From NCBI GenBank assembly GCA_944392835.1, contig CALXYB010000009.1, forward strand, positions 3,597 through 67,596: DNA of 64,000 bases, written 5' to 3'. The position numbers and the translations under genes are program-made. A model generated the notes under the pieces. The model had not been told where the DNA came from, did no database searches, and saw only the letters and a program-made list of their open reading frames with translations. Of the stretch, positions 57,360-64,000 are shown in pieces. This DNA comes from an uncultured Alphaproteobacteria bacterium. GTDB taxonomy: Bacteria > Pseudomonadota > Alphaproteobacteria > RF32 > CAG-239. Position 1 is the first letter of the stretch. The number at the start of each line of letters is the position of its first letter.

Positions 57360-59795
57360 CTATTTCTTATTTTCCTCATCTTTTTTTGGGTTCTCAGGCT
57401 TGTCCTCTTTGGGCTTGTCATTTTGGCCCTCAGCCGAGGTTTCAGGTTTTGGTTCGGAAGCTTGGGTTGAACCGAACTTCAATCTATCACCAACCTTTTG
57501 CATCTTCTCACCGGCTTTTTCCATTTTTTCACCGGCTTTTTTCATTGCCTTTCCGCCTTTTTTCATTGCCTTACCAATTTGCTGAGTAGCTTTTCCAGCT
57601 ACTTCTGCACCTTTACCTGCAGCATAAGTCGCTCCGCCTGCAATCATCATCGGAACACCGACAATCGCACCCAATCCGGTAGAACTTAAAGCTCTTCCTG
57701 CGTTCATCATGCCACGTCCACCCGCTTGAGCTGCGCGTCCACCGGCTTCAACACCTCTACCAGCAGCTTGTACACCTCTTCCGGCCTGTTCGGTTGTGGC
57801 TCCTGCTGCTTGAGCCCCTCTTCCTGCCGCTGTAGCAACATTCCCGCCACTTTGGCTGCTTGGCTGAATATCTCCGTTGGCTTTACCCTTGAATAACCCT
57901 TTAACAAAGCGCCCCGTTTTAATGGCTCCTTTTTTAGCTTGTTCTTTTGCCGCATTTCCGACTTTTTTGCCTGCCCACTTAACCGGCATCAATCCCAGTT
58001 GTTTAGTCATATCAGTCATTTGCGTAAGTTTACCATGCATAGGATCAGCTTTGCCAAAGACCGCGTCAGAGCAAAACTTATCTACATAATCCGTAACAGT
58101 AGATGAAATAAGCTTCATGGAATAGAGAAAAGCAAAGACAATGATCAGAAAATAAGGTCCCGTCAGTTCAAAAAGTTGAGATATATATTCAGCTTTTCCA
58201 TCATCTATGCTCTTCAACAATGTTGGCGTATCACGCAAGGCCATACTTGTCAGAGCCAAAGCATAGGTTGTTGTTAAGGCAAGAAATACAAAAGTTCCCG
58301 CAGCCTTAATCATAATACTGATTACAGCCATAACCTTACCTTTGGTAACATTAAACGGCCACAAGCCAATAACAACAGGTAAAGCGATAATAGAAAAACC
58401 AAGCTTAAATGAAATATCCAGCAGATAATAACCGATACCCAAAGTTAACATAAAACCGACAAACCAAATACAAGCCCCACAGAACCATAACCACAAGTTA
58501 ACTATACTAAGTTTAATCGGCCCAATCTCAAAAGACCAAGCTCCGCCATTAAGGGACCAACAAGTAATAGCATGTCCGACAACGAGATTAACAGAAACAT
58601 TTTTATCTAAATCCTGAGCAAACAACATAATCTTGTTCATCACATCAGAAGAGACAATTTCTGTTGATGTCCCATTGTCAGAAATACTCGGTGTCTTAAC
58701 TTTATATTGTGCATCAAGCCCCTTGGCGCCGGAGATATCGCTTGTAACAGTCATAAAAGCCATCCCCATATCCGCGCCGGCTGTTAAAAGCGGATTTATG
58801 GTATATTTGACTAAGACTCCCAGACCTGAGGTAATCAAAATAGAGGCAACCATGACCTTAAACAAAAAGGTCATCAACGTGTTCATCATTGCTCCGGGTT
58901 CCACATTGGAAAGCGAAGAAACATTTTTCATTACAAAGAAAGCCATCCACACAAGAGCCCCGAAAGCCAAGAGTTTTAACCCAGCCTCAGATGTAATATC
59001 ATAAGCTTTACTGCAAGCGTTTAAGAAAGTTTCAATCAATGTTTTAATAATAACGCAAGAGTAACATTTAGATTGGTATTGTTCTCGCATTCCCTTAACA
59101 TCACATCCCCTGGTTAGGGTTTCTACAACGTCTTTTTTAGCTAGACCATCAGTAATATAGTCATCTTGTCTGGTTTTTGTTTCATCTTCTGAAAATATTC
59201 CATCTTTTTTATCACGATTCGCTCTGTTATATGCTTGATGATAAGCCGGATCTTTAGTAAATTTTGATGGATCAAAAGATTCAACATTTCCTTTGCCCAC
59301 GGCAATGGTTTGTCTCATAGATTGTTTATAAAGTTCGTCAAAAGCCAGAGCATTTTTTCTACGAGCATTTTTATACTGTTCCTCAGTAATTTCGCCATCA
59401 TCAAGCATATCCTCAAGTTTATCTATAACAAGATCTTCTTGAGTGGCTTCCGTTCCATTAAAAGAACCTAAAGTTGTTTGATAACGACTGAGAAGATAAG
59501 CAATATCATCAGAAGAAACACTGCCGTCCAGAGATAATTTAACCAAGTAATCTGTGTCTTGCTTAACATACTTGTATGCGTTTTTTACGGAAACGGATTC
59601 TACAGTTTCTCCTTTTCGATTTTTTGAATGAACAACTCGCGGATTCTCATAATAATCAGGTTCAGCAACACTACTTCCTTCTTGAGGATCAGCAGCAAAA
59701 GAAGAGGAAACAAAAGAAGAGCAAAGCAAAAAGCTTAAAAAGAATATTATTCTTTTAAGTGAAGACTGTTTCATTATTTCTATTATCGTTCTCAT
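57360..59795 (-). CDS. virB6: VirB6/TrbL-like protein with N-terminal exported domain and Gly/Ala-rich tail
   Basis: CYSC, YYLLDISFKLGFSIIALPVVIGLWPFNVTK core, multiple TMs. Confidence 0.7.
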   Translation of the reverse strand: MRTIIEIMKQSSLKRIIFFLSFLLCSSFVSSSFAADPQEGSSVAEPDYYENPRVVHSKNRKGETVESVSVKNAYKYVKQDTDYLVKLSLDGSVSSDDIAYLLSRYQTTLGSFNGTEATQEDLVIDKLEDMLDDGEITEEQYKNARRKNALAFDELYKQSMRQTIAVGKGNVESFDPSKFTKDPAYHQAYNRANRDKKDGIFSEDETKTRQDDYITDGLAKKDVVETLTRGCDVKGMREQYQSKCYSCVIIKTLIETFLNACSKAYDITSEAGLKLLAFGALVWMAFFVMKNVSSLSNVEPGAMMNTLMTFLFKVMVASILITSGLGVLVKYTINPLLTAGADMGMAFMTVTSDISGAKGLDAQYKVKTPSISDNGTSTEIVSSDVMNKIMLFAQDLDKNVSVNLVVGHAITCWSLNGGAWSFEIGPIKLSIVNLWLWFCGACIWFVGFMLTLGIGYYLLDISFKLGFSIIALPVVIGLWPFNVTKGKVMAVISIMIKAAGTFVFLALTTTYALALTSMALRDTPTLLKSIDDGKAEYISQLFELTGPYFLIIVFAFLYSMKLISSTVTDYVDKFCSDAVFGKADPMHGKLTQMTDMTKQLGLMPVKWAGKKVGNAAKEQAKKGAIKTGRFVKGLFKGKANGDIQPSSQSGGNVATAAGRGAQAAGATTEQAGRGVQAAGRGVEAGGRAAQAGGRGMMNAGRALSSTGLGAIVGVPMMIAGGATYAAGKGAEVAGKATQQIGKAMKKGGKAMKKAGEKMEKAGEKMQKVGDRLKFGSTQASEPKPETSAEGQNDKPKEDKPENPKKDEENKK

Positions 59796-59812
59796 CTTCT
59801 CAGCCCTCTTAA

Positions 59813-61066
59813 TTATTCTTTTTTGCCTCTGATTTTTTGATAAAGTTTAATGGCCCCAGATTTAAATATTGTAGCAATAAGTGTTCCAACACGTCTCTGG
59901 AAAGCAGAATCAGAGTTACCACCAACTAAGCTGTCCGTAACTTGCTGTGCCAACTCAACGCTGGAAACAATCAAAAAAGCAATTAACATGATGCACATAA
60001 ACGGAATACTGAATTCTGTAAAAGACATTTCATTAACACTGTCCTTAAAGATAGCTTTATTATCTCCAATGATTTTCTCCATCGCCAATAAGGCCATAGA
60101 CATCATAATCGCCATAAACATCATCAAAGCGGCAGAATTCAAAATAGTTAAGAAACCAGTTTTAGCCCAGCCGGATGTTTGTTTAAAGGCATAAGACATC
60201 ACCAGAATTGGTAAGATAACTGCCATCATGGTAAAACGGAAAATGCTGTCCACCAAATAGAAAACAAAACCAAGCTTTACAATCGTAAAACAAAGAAGAA
60301 TAAAAAGTCCGATAATAAAAGGCATAAACCCGCTTCCGGACATAACCTTAAAAGAGAGATAAAAGCCTAATGATAGACGTTCATTAACCGCGCAAATCAT
60401 ACAGTTCATCATCGTACGAGGTCCCTCAGGAAATGAGAGCGTCTCCAAAGAAGCAGTACCGACACCCGACGCAGAACACATAATAGGTTGGCTGGCAGGG
60501 ATGTCTTCCTTAAAGAAAGAGATGGTATCACCTCCGGCAGCTTTGAAAGCCCCACCATCGCTGGCTACATTTAAAATTTCTGAGCCTAATTCCAAAAAAG
60601 CATAGTAAATAGGAAAAACAATGGTATTTAAAAGCCACAGGAGTTGTGTCGTTGATGATGCGATTAAGCCGCATATCAAGCAAACAAACATTTTTCGGAC
60701 AATTTCATTCCAAATTTCTGCCGGAGAATCTTCTGTAAATGAACCGACAAATTTCAAGAGTCTGAAAATTGTCCAGATAGCAAAAGCTAACATCATTAAG
60801 GGAAGCGCACCGTCAGTAATTTTAGCATACATGCCCAATGCAACCTTACCCATATTTTCGTAAAGAAGATCTACAATACCGGTTTGCCAACATTCTCTAT
60901 GCTGACTTGCCATTTGTTTAAAATCTCCATCTGTGCCTTCAACCATTGCAGATTGGTCATTATGTGAAGAGTCGTCTTCTCGGCTACAAGACGTGAGCAT
61001 AAATGTCGCAAATATCACGATTAGCAACATTTTTAAGATTTCTTTTATGTTCACGCCCTTAAACAT
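59813..61066 (-). CDS. virB6: VirB6/TrbL-like protein (lipobox, minimal form)
   Basis: LTSC lipobox; FYLVDSIFRFTMMAVILPILVMSYAFKQT core. Confidence 0.7.
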   Translation of the reverse strand: MFKGVNIKEILKMLLIVIFATFMLTSCSREDDSSHNDQSAMVEGTDGDFKQMASQHRECWQTGIVDLLYENMGKVALGMYAKITDGALPLMMLAFAIWTIFRLLKFVGSFTEDSPAEIWNEIVRKMFVCLICGLIASSTTQLLWLLNTIVFPIYYAFLELGSEILNVASDGGAFKAAGGDTISFFKEDIPASQPIMCSASGVGTASLETLSFPEGPRTMMNCMICAVNERLSLGFYLSFKVMSGSGFMPFIIGLFILLCFTIVKLGFVFYLVDSIFRFTMMAVILPILVMSYAFKQTSGWAKTGFLTILNSAALMMFMAIMMSMALLAMEKIIGDNKAIFKDSVNEMSFTEFSIPFMCIMLIAFLIVSSVELAQQVTDSLVGGNSDSAFQRRVGTLIATIFKSGAIKLYQKIRGKKE

Positions 61067-61084
61067 GGTTCAATGTCCTATCTG

Positions 61085-63817
61085 CTAATTAAAGCTCCAG
61101 CCATTACGGTTTGCGCTTTGATCGGCGCGATAATTATTGCCGTAAGTTTGCTTCATAATCTTGTCAACATCTTCATTTGACATGGTTTTAAGTCTTTCTT
61201 GTTTCATATCGTCCATTTTTTTCAAAGTTTCACGAACAATAGCATCATTTTCCTTTTCTTTATTTCTTTCCTCTGTAGCTTTAGCTTTAAAGTCATTAGC
61301 GTTTTTATCAGAAGTATTAGCCTGTTGCATCAAAGCATCTTTTTCAGCGCCATCAACCATTTTTTGAGCTTTTTCTCTTAGAGATTTTGCTTTGTCCATT
61401 TCTTCTTTAGCCTGAGCTTCAAAACTGCGAGCTTTTTGTGCTGCCATATCACGATTCGTGGTAGCTTTACCACATTGATCCGAAATCTGCCTATAAAGCG
61501 CTGAACTTCTATCCAAATCCAAAGTAGCGGCATGGCTACGATTAAACTGATCAATATGTTGTTCTCTTTGTTGCTCCGGTGTTAATACATTTTGAGTATT
61601 CTGCGTAGACGTAGAACCATTTGCCTGTGTGGAAGCAGTTCTGCCGGAAGATCCATCCGTCTGTGCTTGTCTCTGATTCTGCTGAGTAGTCGTTGCTCTT
61701 GAGGTATCAGAAGCAGTTTGCGGAGTCGTCTCAGGTCTCGGAGCTGCATTAACAACATTATCAGCTTGCCGCGTCTGGTCCGGTGTAACCGGTGTTCCTC
61801 CATTTCCTCCCGCACTCGGAGATGTTTGAGGTTTAGGAGCCTGAGAAGGTTGTATCCTTTGGGAAGCATTTGGACTAGAACGTCCCAGACTAAATATTTT
61901 AGCCAAAGGTTGCTTAATAAGTTTGTTAACAGCGTTATCTCTTGTTTTACGAAGCTTTTCATTAATTCCAGAAGCTTCACCAACTTTTCCGACAAACTTA
62001 GCCCCGTTGCCAATAGCTTTTCCGGTACCAAGGGTTGCCGCCTTAGCAACATTATAGCCCATACCACCGATTTCAGGAGCGATAGAAGAGCCACCACCGC
62101 CTCCGGCCATGCTTCCGGCCAAATCAGAAGATTGACCGCAGATTTTAAATCCGAAAATACAGCTGGCAATCAAAATCAAGAAACCACCAAAACCAAGGTC
62201 AAGTAAGTCTTTAAGCACTTGGACCTGATTCCCATTTAGAGCATTAATAACAGCATCTTTACCGCCGGGAATACCTGTCATGGAAACGCTAATGAGCTGT
62301 ATATTAATACTAATTACAAGTCCAAGAAATACATACACAAAGAATGTATTCATAAACATTGTAAATCCCTGATTTGTATATTTAGAAGTTACCTTAAAAG
62401 GCCAACAAGCAATCAAAAATGGCATCAACGCACCCACAATCCCTAAACGCACGGTTGCATCTACCAGATAGAAAGCAAAAGCTAAAGACATCAACCAAGC
62501 AAATGCCCAAATAATTAAACCTTCCAAAAGCATAGATAAATCAGGGAGTCTATAATCCGTAACATACTTTAAGACACCAGACGGATCAGAACCTGCAGCA
62601 TGTAAGGAAACGCACATGAGTGAAGAGCCAATAGCCTGAGGAACGGCTAATTCTGCCTGAACAGCCTTAATAAAACACTCTAATTGAACGTATAAATATG
62701 ACGGCAATAACCCGCCGGTTGGCATATTAGCAACGCCAAGGGATGTACAAGCATCAAGATATTTGTTGTTGCTAGATAAGAGCAACATACCAAATTCCAT
62801 CCCCCCCTTCAACAAAGGTCCTAATGCGTATTCATAAATAATAGAACCATCTTTCAAAAGTAAATAAGCAACCAAAACTTTGAAAATTTGCGTTAAAAGT
62901 TCAGTAATATATTTGGGAGCGTCCATTTTTGTGAAAGATGACACTTTGCTTAACAGAGAAAATGCAATCCACAATGCAAAACCAACTAATAGAACATTAG
63001 ACAAAGAGCTGGCTAGTGCAATATAGGATTTAGATGCCATAACATTGGCGGCATTAAATATTTTTAAAAACAGCGGACAAAAGATACAGGTTCTACCCTC
63101 ATTTAATTTTACAGGCAAAGGGACACATCCATTCATAACATTGCCAACGACTTTAAATGTTCCGTCCCTGTTTTTTACATACATAACTTCTTGCCCTTGA
63201 GGAGTCATATATTTGTAAATTGTTTCTTCTTCATCAATTCCTTCTAAGGTTTGAGCTATGCCGCAAGCATTCTGCACCTGTTCAGCAAGGGCTGTTATTT
63301 CATCCATAGTTTTCTTTAAATTTAAATATTCGGAATAAATTTGTTGGCGTCTTTCAGACGAAGACGCATTTCTCATAGCCTCTTGATAAAAATAATTGAG
63401 TTGTCGTTCAAGGTCCGCTGCGTCATTTTCTGCTGTAGAAAAAAGAGCCTCAGCGGATTCCCATACGGAATCCAAAGCGTTTCCGATTGCCGAAATTAAG
63501 TTATCGTCTGCTTTAAAACCCCAGTTTCTAATATTATTACCCACAGACCACCATATATTTGTTTTTTGATATAGTTGATCTCTAAGATCATCACACCGCT
63601 GCTGGCTCTCTTCATATTTTTTTACTAAGGCACTGTTATCTTCAGAAGTTAATTCAACAGACGACCGGATAAATGCATCAATATCTTCCTGAACGGCTTT
63701 ATTCGTATTATTAGAAGATTGGGCATAAACAACATTTGCGTGAATCGCCAACATAAAAAACAAGGCGCCGCAGAATAGAATTAAGCCATATTTTTTCCAA
63801 CTACATTTTGTCATCAT
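61085..63817 (-). CDS. virB6: VirB6/TrbL-like protein with N- and C-terminal extensions
   Basis: Start MMTKCS at 63817; CIFC, FYLVDATVRLGIVGALMPFLIACWPFKVT core, low-complexity and coiled-coil tail. Confidence 0.72.
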   Translation of the reverse strand: MMTKCSWKKYGLILFCGALFFMLAIHANVVYAQSSNNTNKAVQEDIDAFIRSSVELTSEDNSALVKKYEESQQRCDDLRDQLYQKTNIWWSVGNNIRNWGFKADDNLISAIGNALDSVWESAEALFSTAENDAADLERQLNYFYQEAMRNASSSERRQQIYSEYLNLKKTMDEITALAEQVQNACGIAQTLEGIDEEETIYKYMTPQGQEVMYVKNRDGTFKVVGNVMNGCVPLPVKLNEGRTCIFCPLFLKIFNAANVMASKSYIALASSLSNVLLVGFALWIAFSLLSKVSSFTKMDAPKYITELLTQIFKVLVAYLLLKDGSIIYEYALGPLLKGGMEFGMLLLSSNNKYLDACTSLGVANMPTGGLLPSYLYVQLECFIKAVQAELAVPQAIGSSLMCVSLHAAGSDPSGVLKYVTDYRLPDLSMLLEGLIIWAFAWLMSLAFAFYLVDATVRLGIVGALMPFLIACWPFKVTSKYTNQGFTMFMNTFFVYVFLGLVISINIQLISVSMTGIPGGKDAVINALNGNQVQVLKDLLDLGFGGFLILIASCIFGFKICGQSSDLAGSMAGGGGGSSIAPEIGGMGYNVAKAATLGTGKAIGNGAKFVGKVGEASGINEKLRKTRDNAVNKLIKQPLAKIFSLGRSSPNASQRIQPSQAPKPQTSPSAGGNGGTPVTPDQTRQADNVVNAAPRPETTPQTASDTSRATTTQQNQRQAQTDGSSGRTASTQANGSTSTQNTQNVLTPEQQREQHIDQFNRSHAATLDLDRSSALYRQISDQCGKATTNRDMAAQKARSFEAQAKEEMDKAKSLREKAQKMVDGAEKDALMQQANTSDKNANDFKAKATEERNKEKENDAIVRETLKKMDDMKQERLKTMSNEDVDKIMKQTYGNNYRADQSANRNGWSFN

Positions 63818-63992
63818 CGTCTTCCTTATGCCAAGGATTACCCAGTACCTTAAACGCAGCCAACAAAACCGCGACGACCAAAACCAAAGAACCCCAAAAA
63901 GCATATTTTGTCGTAAACCAACCAAAAAAGTCTACATAATAAGCAACGGCAATAGCCAGTAATATTCCTATATTAATCAGTATGGCTCTCAT
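63801..63992 (-). CDS. Small two-TM membrane protein
   Basis: 63 aa, two hydrophobic helices, overlaps the virB6 start, AGGA upstream. Confidence 0.6.
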   Translation of the reverse strand: MRAILINIGILLAIAVAYYVDFFGWFTTKYAFWGSLVLVVAVLLAAFKVLGNPWHKEDDDDKM

Positions 63993-64000
63993 GGGTTCCT

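Noticed and set aside
63818..63925. Extended N-terminus of the 946-aa ORF
   Set aside because: Overlaps the 63-aa membrane gene; ATG 63817 has an AAGGA RBS and gives a proper signal peptide.
5972..63992. Conjugative plasmid or ICE call
   Set aside because: No relaxase, coupling protein, integrase, rep/par genes or att repeats seen in the window; cannot be excluded beyond the right edge.

Overview
AT-rich (roughly 40% GC by eye) bacterial chromosomal segment that looks alphaproteobacterial (inference from protein families and CtrA-like boxes; possibly an uncultured gut lineage such as RF32). The left ~6 kb holds housekeeping and stress genes: a partial nitronate monooxygenase-family gene, a TerY-P/YegLKI triad (vWA, PP2C, kinase), a 41-aa lipoprotein missing from the ORF track, TlpA, Gpt and an XRE regulator. 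The remaining ~58 kb is one contiguous envelope-machine locus. (i) A minus-strand type IVb pilus operon in R64 pilL-N-O-P-Q-R-S order with four pilins (two almost identical; three with an atypical G|RSMVE cleavage site) and a PilT-like ATPase. (ii) Divergently, a plus-strand VirB-type T4SS with Rickettsiales-like B8-B7-B8-B9-B10-B11 order but heavily modified parts: three VirB2-domain proteins (one 944 aa), four VirB5-like paralogs, VirB9-SPOR, and a 1508-aa beta-repeat VirB10 with a 1146-aa repeat partner. (iii) Converging minus-strand genes: four VirB6-like paralogs (one fused to an M23 peptidase), a double-HTH regulator, an acidic tandem-repeat protein and a second secretin. I saw no VirD4, relaxase, integrase, IS, tRNA/rRNA or CRISPR in the window. 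Best candidate for an undescribed system: a domesticated, non-conjugative T4bP + giant T4SS cell-contact apparatus (host attachment, epibiosis or predation). All family calls come from motif recognition, not database searches.
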